In this document: positions 31,735 to 41,200 of the stretch, piece by piece
Position numbering within the stretch: the first letter of the stretch is position 1
How the letters are laid out: each line of letters opens with the position of its first letter
Assembly (NCBI GenBank): GCA_019057865.1
Contig: JAHLWP010000020.1
Location: 1-64,000 of the forward strand
From: Promethearchaeota archaeon
GTDB taxonomy: Archaea; Asgardarchaeota; Lokiarchaeia; Sigyniarchaeales; SOKP01
Reading direction: 5' to 3'
Length of the DNA stretch: 64,000 bases
Made by a program: the position numbers and the translations under genes
The notes under the pieces: generated by a model
The model's database searches: none
What the model saw: the letters and a program-made list of their open reading frames with translations, nothing else
Told to the model about the DNA's origin: nothing

Positions 31735-32589
31735 ATGAGTAAAAGTACATTTAATCAATTTAGGGGAGACGTTAATACTGAAAGAATAAAATATATCGCT
31801 GACCCTCAGCTAAGAAACATCGTCAATGTATCTATAGCATTAGGTAGACCACTCCTAGTGAAAGGAGAACCGGGAACTGGGAAGACCCTTCTATCTCATG
31901 CTATTGCTGAAGCATTAGGAAAGCGATTGATTATCTGGAATATAAAAAGCACTTCTGAAGGTATTGATGGATGTTATATGTATGATACTGTCCAACGTTT
32001 AAATGATAGCAGATTTGGTAGTGAAGATCGAAATGTAGATAGCATAAAAGATTATATAACCTTAGGACCTTTAGGAGAAGCGTTTGCTTCTGATGAACAA
32101 GTTGTTTTATTAATAGATGAAATTGATAAAGCAGATATCGAGTTTCCTAATGACCTTCTACAAGAATTGGATGTAATGGAATTTTATATAAAAGAAACTA
32201 AAGAATTTGTAAAAACAAAAACACGACCTATAGTGGTTATTACCTCTAATAATGAAAAGGAACTGCCTGATGCCTTTTTAAGAAGATGTGTATTTCACTG
32301 GATTGAATTTCCTTCCAAAGACTTTATGGCAGAAATTTGTAGGCTACATTACCCTAACTTAAAGCAAAACCTATTAGATCAATGTTTACAGCATTTTTAT
32401 GCATTAAGAGCTATAACAAAATTAAGGAAAATGCCGTCTACATCTGAACTTCTTGACTGGATAGGTGTTCTATTAAAAAGTGGTATTACAATAGATGAAG
32501 TTAAGGAGAAAATTCCGTTTTTGGGTGTGTTGATAAAGAAGGAGAAAGATTATGAAGTTGTTTTAGATAAGATAAGATTCCCAACATAA
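31735..32589 (+). CDS. MoxR-family AAA+ ATPase
   Basis: Walker A GEPGTGKT, Walker B LLIDEIDKAD and ELPDAFLRRC. Confidence 0.92.
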   Translation: MSKSTFNQFRGDVNTERIKYIADPQLRNIVNVSIALGRPLLVKGEPGTGKTLLSHAIAEALGKRLIIWNIKSTSEGIDGCYMYDTVQRLNDSRFGSEDRNVDSIKDYITLGPLGEAFASDEQVVLLIDEIDKADIEFPNDLLQELDVMEFYIKETKEFVKTKTRPIVVITSNNEKELPDAFLRRCVFHWIEFPSKDFMAEICRLHYPNLKQNLLDQCLQHFYALRAITKLRKMPSTSELLDWIGVLLKSGITIDEVKEKIPFLGVLIKKEKDYEVVLDKIRFPT

Positions 32590-32590
32590 A
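32542..32590 (+). repeat. moxR 3' end, left copy of a 49-bp imperfect direct repeat
   Basis: Encodes EKDYEVVLDKIRFPT*. Confidence 0.85.
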
Positions 32591-32598
32591 AATTCATA

Positions 32599-34365
32599 TT
32601 ATTTAAAAATATTAAATTTAACGCTAAATTTTTCTTCTATTTTTTTAACTATCGCTCGCATTTGGGTTGTATTGCTAATGAAAGGATATTTTCTCCATAA
32701 TTCTGGTATTCTATATTTCTTGTTCTGATTTGATAGTTTAATAATGTCTTGAATGAATTCAATATGTTTTAATAATAATTGTTCCATAGATTCTTTATAT
32801 TCATCATTATTTAGTAAGTAAGAAAGACGTTCTAATTGTAAAACTTTATTCTGATTATCTTTTTCAGTTTTAAAGCTTAATTCTTCATTATTAATATTAT
32901 ATTTTAATTTTTCAAGTACTTTTTCATTATTAATATCAAATTCTGCCCTTTTTATAATATTGTAAATAGATATGGAAATAATTTTTCGTTTTTCCGTACC
33001 TAGAGTTTTGATTTTCCCATTTTCAGCTATTATATTCTTATTATTCTCATACCAAGTTTTAAAGCCATTCTCACCATTAATTTCATATTTTTCATATTCT
33101 TCCTCATTAAATACCAAAAAGAGATATTTTAATATTGTTTTTTGATCAATGGGAGTTTCTTGGAATTGTTCTTTAACTTTATTCAGATTTCCTAACTTAA
33201 TAAACAACATTTTCAGTTTTTCAGCGAACTTTTTTGAATAATGATGCTTGTGGTAAGCTAGAGCTTTCTCTATGGCTTTCTCAATATTACTATTGTTAAT
33301 TTGTAAATCGAATTTTTTACATATTCCCTCTAAATACTCAAGATACTCAATCGAGAACTTTCTATCATTTGGATCTAGAAAATCTTTCTCAATTTGGCTT
33401 TTAATAGCTTCTCTAATTTTTTTAGAGGCATTTAAATATATTAAAGTAATCCCCCAATATTTTCGCCTATTTTTATCTTTCCATTTCTCAGGATTAACAT
33501 GTTCTAAAAATTTATTAACATCAGTCTTAGAACTAATGATAACTAAATAATTATACTTCTTATCCTCTTTTCGGAGATATTGATTAACTTTACTTGTATT
33601 TATACCTAATTTTTCACTTAATTGTTTGAAATTTTCGACTAAAGGTTTTGACGCATTAACAAAAGAAATTCTGAAGCTCCTATCCTTTTTACTAATCCAA
33701 ATACTCCCATCTGTATCAGTTAACCCTTTTAAGCAAGCCTTAATAAATCTTCTATATCTTTGAGGTATAGATACACGATGTTTCACTTTATCCCCTGGTA
33801 CAAGTCTTGCATTCTTTAATGCGTCGACTCCTGCTAAAGAATAAATCCTTAATTTTATACCCTTAGTCCTTATAGGATCATCATCGTCTTTTGACCAAAT
33901 TTCCTCAGGCTCTTTTTTTAGCATACGTTTCATATATTCTTTTACATACTCTACATAAGAATATTCATCTACTCCATTAAGAGACATAATAATCCCATAA
34001 TTCTCTTCATTTATATTACCATCTCCAAGCATAATTGACAAAAATTCAGCGGTCTCTTCATTTTCTTCAAGTTCGATTTTTTCACCTATTGGTGAATTTC
34101 TTTTATGAACTATTGGCTTTCCATATAATTTTTCTAATCTCTTGAAAACCTTATAAGGAATACTAGAACCTGCCAATGCATTAGAGATTGTATTTTTGTG
34201 TCCACCAATAATAATTCCGATTTTATAATCTGGTAGGTTTTTATTTGGATATTTTGCTCTTATTTGGTTGCAAACGCTTCTTAACCAATCTGGTTCAATA
34301 ATTACACATTCTTCAAGTCGATCATATACACCTGATCCTTTTTTAATAAAATTAGCACTCAACAT
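32599..34365 (-). mobile_element. Free-standing double-motif LAGLIDADG homing endonuclease gene
   Basis: AEFLSIMLGDG and ACLKGLTDTDG motifs; no intein splice motifs; flanked by the duplicated moxR 3' end. Confidence 0.8.
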
Positions 34366-34544
34366 ATCTCTCTTTTTATATATTCTTGTCTTATAGAAAG
34401 AATTTAAGATATTTGAGTATTTAAATCAATTTACTAAAGTAATTTTCTAATTTGTGCTAGGGATTATACTAGAATAGGAGTAGGATGGATAAGAAAGGAA
34501 AGTTGTGAACTATTCTTCTTTAGATCTATGGTGACCTCTGGATC

Positions 34545-34593
34545 GAAAAAGATTATGAAGTTGTCCTAGATAAAATTAAATTTCCAACATAAA
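34545..34593 (+). repeat. Orphan moxR 3' end, right copy of the direct repeat
   Basis: Encodes EKDYEVVLDKIKFPT* with mostly synonymous differences from the left copy. Confidence 0.85.
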
Positions 34594-34685
34594 TTTTAAA
34601 GAATAAAAAATAAATCAAAATATCAAAAATAATTAATAAAAAGAATAGGAAATTTTTTATAATTTCTTATAAGACTCCTTTTATT

Positions 34686-35621
34686 ATGCCCTTGAGTAAA
34701 GGAAATAATAATTCACTAGGCTTTGTTTATAAATATAAAACTATTTCTGTTGATCATCTAAAAGAGTTGCAAGAAGATATCGATAAGTTATATCATGAAG
34801 GCAAGCTCAGCGAAAATAAGACCTATAGACAATATTTAAGCACTAAGAAGTTTGTGATTCCTGAGAGTTTCCCTAACGCTAAATCAATAATAGTTTTAGC
34901 TATTGCTACTAAACTTGTGTTAGTAAATTTTCAATTAGATGGTAAAAAACATGAAATCATGATACCACCTCAGTATTATGATGATGGATTAACATTTGAA
35001 GATTTAGAAAATTTAATATTGAAAAAATTAATCAAGAAACCGGGTTTTAAGATTGAACTAGCAAAAGGGCTCCATTTAAAACTATTAGCAGTTAGAAGTG
35101 GGCTTGGGGACTATGGTAGGAATAACCTCTGTTATGTAGATGAGATGGGTAGTTTGATCACTTTATATGCATATTTTACTGATTTTCAATTTCAAGAAGA
35201 TAATTGGAGAGAGATAAAAATGATGAATATTTGCGAACATTGTAATATTTGTACAAGTAATTGTCCTTCTAACGCGATATCCACTTTACCAGAAGTAAAT
35301 TTTGTAATTGATGCTGGTAGGTGTATAACATTGTATAATGAAATAGAAGGAGAATTTCCAAAATGGATTAGCCCAGATGCGCATAATGCTTTAAAAGGGT
35401 GTATGAAATGTCAATTGCCTTGTCCCGCTAATCGTGAAGCAATTAAATTAATAGAAAGGTTTGAAGATATCACAGAGGAAGAAACAAGAATGATATTGGA
35501 AGGAAAACCAGAGGAAGAATTACTAAACTCTTTAGCTGAAAAACTTAAAATGTTTTACCCATCCAATGCAAATGAAGCTTTTCCTATTCTCAAAAGGAAT
35601 CTTGAATTTTTAATAAGATAA
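34686..35621 (+). CDS. QueG/reductive-dehalogenase-like 4Fe-4S dicluster protein
   Basis: KLLAVRSGLGDYGRNN, CEHCNICTSNCP and GCMKCQLPCP motifs. Confidence 0.8.
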   Translation: MPLSKGNNNSLGFVYKYKTISVDHLKELQEDIDKLYHEGKLSENKTYRQYLSTKKFVIPESFPNAKSIIVLAIATKLVLVNFQLDGKKHEIMIPPQYYDDGLTFEDLENLILKKLIKKPGFKIELAKGLHLKLLAVRSGLGDYGRNNLCYVDEMGSLITLYAYFTDFQFQEDNWREIKMMNICEHCNICTSNCPSNAISTLPEVNFVIDAGRCITLYNEIEGEFPKWISPDAHNALKGCMKCQLPCPANREAIKLIERFEDITEEETRMILEGKPEEELLNSLAEKLKMFYPSNANEAFPILKRNLEFLIR

Positions 35622-35810
35622 TCAAATGGTTAATTCTTATAAATATTAAACACCTCTTAAAAATTTAGCATATACCTATATTAGATGATAATTCTATAAT
35701 ATTGATCAATAATAAAACCGAAACTTATCGCAAATGTTTATTGAATTTTTTTATTACCTAAAAGAAAGATTACCAGTAAATATTACAGAAAAAATAAATG
35801 AAATTGAAGC

Positions 35811-36014
35811 TTATTTCTTTAACTTCGCGAAACATTCATCGCAAAAAAAAATTCTTCGGATTTTAGTAGCATTCCAAACCATATGACCTGACTTATGCTT
35901 CGTTTCGCAACCCCAACACATCTTAAATACTTTAGTATCAACAAGATATTCATCTTCAGCATTGAATTTATCATCTTTTATTATCTCCTTATAACTTTTC
36001 AATTTCCTTAGCAA
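35811..36014 (-). CDS. Small Zn-finger-like protein
   Basis: CWGC...CDEC in 67 aa; TTG start. Confidence 0.5.
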   Translation of the reverse strand: MLRKLKSYKEIIKDDKFNAEDEYLVDTKVFKMCWGCETKHKSGHMVWNATKIRRIFFCDECFAKLKK

Positions 36015-36837
36015 CTCAATATTTTGATAATTTTAAATAAATATTCACTATACAGATTATATAATAAAAATCAGTATAGTAATTTAAGGATTGTGAATAA
36101 TCATTCAAAAAAACCTTTTTTATTCTATATCTCTCTCTTCATAAAATTAATTAAGAAAATATTCTAGATTAAATTTTAAGAAAAAAATTTTAAAAATAAC
36201 ACAAATAAGCAATAAGACCTTTATTTATAAAAGCTAAGACTTAAAAGCCAGATAATAACAAAGGAAACTAACTAAAAATTTACTTTAAAAATATCTCTGC
36301 TAGAAATAGGCATTGCTTTACTAATAGGTGGAATAATTTATTGGGGTTTTATACTCCTTAGAAGTGTCTATATTTCTATTTTTTAAACATTTTAAATATT
36401 TTTTTTTGATTAAAATAACCACTTTTTTCGATTTGTACATAAAATATAACAAACTAAAAAATTACTTATCATACAATTAACAAATTTTTCTATTTATAGT
36501 ATTAAATCAATCGAACATTATTCAATAATATATACTTGAGAATTCGGATAAAAGCAAACTTAACAAATCTCATTCAGATGACTTTATCGTATTATATAAT
36601 GGAACTTTTACCTATTAAATTATGTAAATAAAAAATTTCTTTGAAGAAGAAAGGTTAATAGATTACACAAATAGTACAATCTACACTTTATATTTTATTT
36701 ATAGACTCTTTTTTATCAATGAAATTATTAAGATTATAGGGATTATCACCAAATATTTAACCTCAATCTGTACAAAAACCTATATTACTTGTTTAATTTT
36801 ATATTATTGATCAATAATAAAAAGTAAAACATTCTAT

Positions 36838-38291
36838 ATGTTTATCGAATTTTTTTATTATTTAAAAGAGAGATTGCCGGTAAGTATTACAGAATATATG
36901 ACCCTAATGGAAGCCCTCAATAAAGGGCTTATCCACAATATGGTCGAGTTTTATTACATCTCACGCTCGATTTTATGCAAAAATGAACATCATTTTGATA
37001 TCTATGATATTGCGTTTGCTAATTTTTTCAAGGATAAATTGGTAAATTTTCCTGAAAATATTAAACAAGAAATATGGGATTGGCTCAATAAAGATATCAC
37101 CTTACCTGAGTTAATAGAAGGCTTACAAATACTTTTAAGAGAATATCAACAATACGTAAATATCGAGGATTTACAACAGTTTCTTGAAGATTTGTTGGAA
37201 AAATATGGTGAAGATGCAGAAAAATTACTATTAATAAACGCCCCAGATGAGATAAAAGATGAAATTTGGAACTGGCTACAAAAAAATCTTGATCTCTCAG
37301 AAATGGATGCCACCTTTCAAGAGATGGTAAGCCAATTTTTTGACCTAGAAGATTTACAACAACATTTCGAAGAATTGATGCAAAAACAAGATGGAGAACA
37401 TAATTTTGGTCATCACTGGATTGGAACTCAAGGTCAATCTCCATTTGGGCATTCTGGTCAAAATCCAATGGGTATGAGAGTCGGTGGGTCTTCAGGTATG
37501 CGAATGGCTGTCCAAATTGCCCAAAAAAGAATCTTTAAAGATTATAGAAAAGATATCGTGCTGGATACAAGACAAATTAAAGTAGCATTAAAAAGACTCA
37601 GAAAACTCGAAGAAATTGGCAAAAAGGATGAGCTAGACATTGACGAGACAATTGATAAAACCGCTAAAAATGGCGGTGATATTGAAATTGTGTTTAATAA
37701 ACGCAGAAAAAACGACGTTAAACTTCTTCTCTTAATGGATGTCGGTGGAAGTATGACACCATATGCCCATTTAGTTAATCTGTTATTCTCGGCTGCCAAT
37801 AATATGTCACACTGGAAGGATTTTAAATACTATTACTTTCACAATTGTTTATATGAAAGTTTATATCATAATGCAAAAAGAAATCCTGAAGAATCCACCC
37901 CTTTCGAAGAATTTTTAAAGAAGTTTAATAATAAATATAAAGTAGTCATAGTGGGCGACGCTGCGATAATCTAATCGATTTCCGGTTGATCACAAGGGCG
38001 TCCTGGGAACTTTCTGAAAAATATGGGTCAATTTATTATTACCATAGGAATGAGATGCCTGGAATTTATTATATCAAAGAATTAACAAGACATTTTAAAA
38101 ATAATGTTGTGTGGTTAAATCCAGAACTTATTAGACCTGAATGGGCACCCTGGACTCGAAAGATAATTTCCAGTATTATTCCTATGTTCGATTTGACTGT
38201 AGAAGGGATTGAAGAAGCCATGGATTATTTAAGAAAAGGTGGAAAAGATATGTATACAACTGTGCAGTTGCTTAAAGGATTAAATTATTGA
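36838..38291 (+). CDS. vWA (CoxE-like) MoxR partner protein, split by a 29-nt insertion (474 aa if spliced)
   Basis: MIDAS-like MDVGGSM and YFHNC motifs. Joining 37967 to 37997 gives VGDAAMASWEL, continuing to VWLNP. Confidence 0.85.
37968..37996 (+). other. Candidate bulge-helix-bulge (BHB) mRNA intron, 29 nt
   Basis: GACGC/GCGUC exon stem, 4-nt central helix UGCG/CACA (one C.A mismatch), 3-nt bulges AUA and AGG, and an intron hairpin. Canonical cuts restore the frame. Confidence 0.72.
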
Positions 38292-38605
38292 TTAAAGACA
38301 TTTAAATTTCAAAAGAAAAACAAGCTCTGAATCTCTAAAATTTTGATATGTTCTCAATTCACAGATATTAGATAAAAGAATCAATGAGATTAAAGAAGCA
38401 ATGTAAATTTCTGCAGATTTAATAGACTCTTCTCTCTCAGTTAACCATAGAAAAATTAAGCTGAAAATCATTAGAAATACAAGGAATAACACTATAATCC
38501 AAAAAAATTGCGAAAAAATAAGCATGCCTTCTGATAAATTCTTGATTTTATCTATATTTTTAAAATACAATATAAAAAGTTAGAGCATTTTAAAAAACAA
38601 TAACA

Positions 38606-38630
38606 AAAGGTAAATTCAGAGTCTGATTTC
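38606..38630 (+). repeat. 25-bp exact direct repeat, left copy
   Basis: AAAGGTAAATTCAGAGTCTGATTTC, identical at 41023-41047. Confidence 0.9.
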
Positions 38631-38676
38631 AATGAAAATTTAGTGAAAAAAATTAGTATGTTTGGGTCTTTTATTG

Positions 38677-40176
38677 TTATTTTCGAAAGTATGTCATTGA
38701 TGGATAAGGTCTTCCAATAAAACAAATGTAGCGAAAGCCATATTTTCTTATGATCTCATAAGAGGTTCGTGCCTCTGCCTCACTGTCTCCAAAATCCAAA
38801 AGCCACATTCTTCCATCAACTATCTTCCAACTATTATTTATCCTTTTAACTTCAATATTTCCTGGATTAATAGGAATGCTGTCTTCGCCAGCTATTGGTC
38901 CTTGCGGGGAAATGCCGTTTACGAGATAGTATTCCATTGATGCTCTGGGTCTTCCCACAAAACATTGCTGATTCAAGTTATAATGCTTAATTACGTTTAA
39001 AGCTGCTTTTGCTTCGTTTTTTTTTGTCCCAAAATGTAAAAGCCGCATACTTCCGGCAACTATCATCCATCTTCCGAATATTTCCCTAACAACTGCACTT
39101 GTAGGATTAAAAGTGATTTTATCTTCTCTAAGATCAAGAAGAACTGTATCTGGATCTCCGAAATAACGATATGCAGTATAAGCCTTCATATATTCAGATC
39201 CACGATCACCGTGTTTTTCAAAATGAGATTGCATTGCTCGAACCAGCATTTCACCAATAGTAATATTTCGTTTCCGAACAACATGTTCAAATATTTCTTG
39301 AGTAATCCTATCGTTCCAATATGTCCGGGTGTTCACATCTGCTGCAAAAACGCCTATGGCTTTTCCATCAACAAGCCATTTTTCACCAAAAGCAATGTCC
39401 GGTGTAATACTACCAGTTAAACAAGCAGCTGATATAACAAAAGGATGTTTATTCCCAACTGATAACGTTTCAATGTCATCTTTATTGAATTTCTCGTCGA
39501 TATTGGTATTTTTTTTTCCTATATTCTCCCATGATCCTCTAGTTCCATGCCCAAGATATCTAATAATCAATGCACCACTGTTAATAGCATCTATTAAATC
39601 TGCTTTACTCGTATTATCAACCTCCCATTCAGTTCTGGCAAGTGGTATGTGCTCTCCACTTGCAGATTCGTTATTTTCGAATCGTTTTATTATAATAAAA
39701 TGATTACCAATCGCTTCTACGCACTCCCAGCCGGCATCACTTTGTGTAGCAAACTGCTGACTATTTCTAGGAAGCCAACCTGTGAGTATGACATTTTTAG
39801 TCCAGTTTCCATTTCCACTAGATTCATAATTTGCTAATCTATTACATATTTCCTCAATAACTACTGGGTCGTTAGAGCTAAGACGACCAAATGGTATCTG
39901 GGGGATTTTATCAATATCAGTCATGCCATAATATGCATCTGAAGAATGGCCACTTAAAGGATAACTTGGCATTCGATCATAATCTCCTACAAGAAGATAA
40001 TATCGAGGATTCCTTTGAAGAATGAAATTACGAATAGCTTCATGATCCGGCGGATTTCCAAAATCCTCTACAGACTTGATATGAACACTAAAACCTTTAC
40101 TCGTTTTTTTAGTCACAAGAGATTGAATTGAGTTCTGTAAATCTCCTGGACAAATGATTTCATAAATATTGGACAT
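38677..40176 (-). CDS. C25 (gingipain-like) cysteine peptidase with a duplicated C-terminal domain
   Basis: YYLLVGD, SDAYY, GRL, catalytic YLGHG and AACLTG, FGDP. Two ED.I..NP...W.IV.G...L.FG...CF.GRP..SM.Y repeats follow. Confidence 0.85.
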   Translation of the reverse strand: MSNIYEIICPGDLQNSIQSLVTKKTSKGFSVHIKSVEDFGNPPDHEAIRNFILQRNPRYYLLVGDYDRMPSYPLSGHSSDAYYGMTDIDKIPQIPFGRLSSNDPVVIEEICNRLANYESSGNGNWTKNVILTGWLPRNSQQFATQSDAGWECVEAIGNHFIIIKRFENNESASGEHIPLARTEWEVDNTSKADLIDAINSGALIIRYLGHGTRGSWENIGKKNTNIDEKFNKDDIETLSVGNKHPFVISAACLTGSITPDIAFGEKWLVDGKAIGVFAADVNTRTYWNDRITQEIFEHVVRKRNITIGEMLVRAMQSHFEKHGDRGSEYMKAYTAYRYFGDPDTVLLDLREDKITFNPTSAVVREIFGRWMIVAGSMRLLHFGTKKNEAKAALNVIKHYNLNQQCFVGRPRASMEYYLVNGISPQGPIAGEDSIPINPGNIEVKRINNSWKIVDGRMWLLDFGDSEAEARTSYEIIRKYGFRYICFIGRPYPSMTYFRK

Positions 40177-40360
40177 GGTTTACTCCTTTCGATAATTTAG
40201 AATTGCTAATAAATTTAAACTTTTTATTATATTTTTAAAACCACACATTGATCCTTGTTCCCTTGTTGGCAATAATTGACTCGATACAGATAACGGCGAT
40301 AATTACAATTAATTTTGGTTCGTAAATAACAATTTTTTATCATCAGATTTTCACTAGTAA

Positions 40361-40474
40361 TTATTTCATAAAACGTGTCCATTTAAAAATCTTTACTTTT
40401 TCCAATCCTTTTGCAAAATCCCACCTTTCATCTTCATAAATTTTGACATCTGGTCTTGTTTCAACATTAGGCAT
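40361..40474 (-). CDS. 37-aa small ORF or eroded gene start
   Basis: MPNVETRPDVKIYEDERWDFAKGLEKVKIFKWTRFMK* preceded by a GAGG SD. Confidence 0.4.
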   Translation of the reverse strand: MPNVETRPDVKIYEDERWDFAKGLEKVKIFKWTRFMK

Positions 40475-40747
40475 ATAATCAGAACCTCACTTCAAAATCT
40501 TTCTTAAAAAGAGAGGGTTTCTATCTCTTCTTAAATTATATTTAGATTTCAAATGTTAAATATGAAAGGTTGTATTTTAATATTATTAAAAAGAAGATAC
40601 TCTATTAACAGTTTAATTATCTACATCTTTGTTCTAGTGGAAGATTAAATAAGACTATATCGACAAAATGCATTTCTTTGTAGGCTTTATATAGATTTTT
40701 CCTTCAATAAAGCTTTTCTCGAATTTATTACCCTTAATTACTTTCTT

Positions 40748-40962
40748 AACCCTCGTATAAGACGGGTTTAGTGAGGTGGGGGTGTACGTGGGAGCTTTCG
40801 GGCGACCTATTTAGCCTGCCACTCTCAACCGCACGAGTGTGTGGCGTTCGAAAGAGGAGCTCAAGGTTCAGGCTTAGAGCGTGACGGTACACGTCGTGTT
40901 TGGAGAAATTGAATGAACTGAGACAAAAAGATGGAGTATGTTCATGAGCAAGTTTTTTTTTT
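40748..40962 (+). ncRNA. Unidentified GC-rich structured RNA-like element
   Basis: Much higher GC than its surroundings, with nested stems, UUCG and GAAA tetraloop hairpins and a terminal T-tract. Confidence 0.55.
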
Positions 40963-41022
40963 CTTTTTATTTTTTTATAAAATAACTTATAATTTTTTAA
41001 TGTATTAAAGAACTTTTTCTAG

Positions 41023-41047
41023 AAAGGTAAATTCAGAGTCTGATTTC
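41023..41047 (+). repeat. 25-bp exact direct repeat, right copy
   Basis: Identical to 38606-38630. Confidence 0.9.
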
Positions 41048-41200
41048 GAAGGAATTTTCATAAAAATAGAATAAAATTTACTATTATTTTATAGCTATAA
41101 AGATTGTTACCTTAGATTTTATTTTTAAATAATGAAAATCTATTTTTATTTTAGTAAATTCTATTGCAAATTAAAATAAAACTATTGGATCTATATTTAT

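Noticed and set aside
32599-34365. Intein or group I intron-encoded endonuclease
   Set aside because: No Cys/Ser start or His-Asn end, no host extein, antisense to moxR, and no recognisable ribozyme core.
37957-38002. Alternative BHB register (helix GCGA/UCAC, bulges UAA/AAG) or ribosomal frameshift
   Set aside because: That register removes 28 nt and leaves the frame broken. No slippery heptamer is present, and a frameshift would leave extra residues in a conserved motif.
38292-38570. 92-aa minus-strand ORF
   Set aside because: TTG start, low-complexity AT-rich sequence and no motifs; it cannot be distinguished from chance or decayed DNA.
40748-40962. tRNA, SRP RNA, RNase P or group II intron end
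   Set aside because: No cloverleaf, no SRP helix-8 motif, no RNase P P4 consensus and no domain-V pattern that I could recognise.
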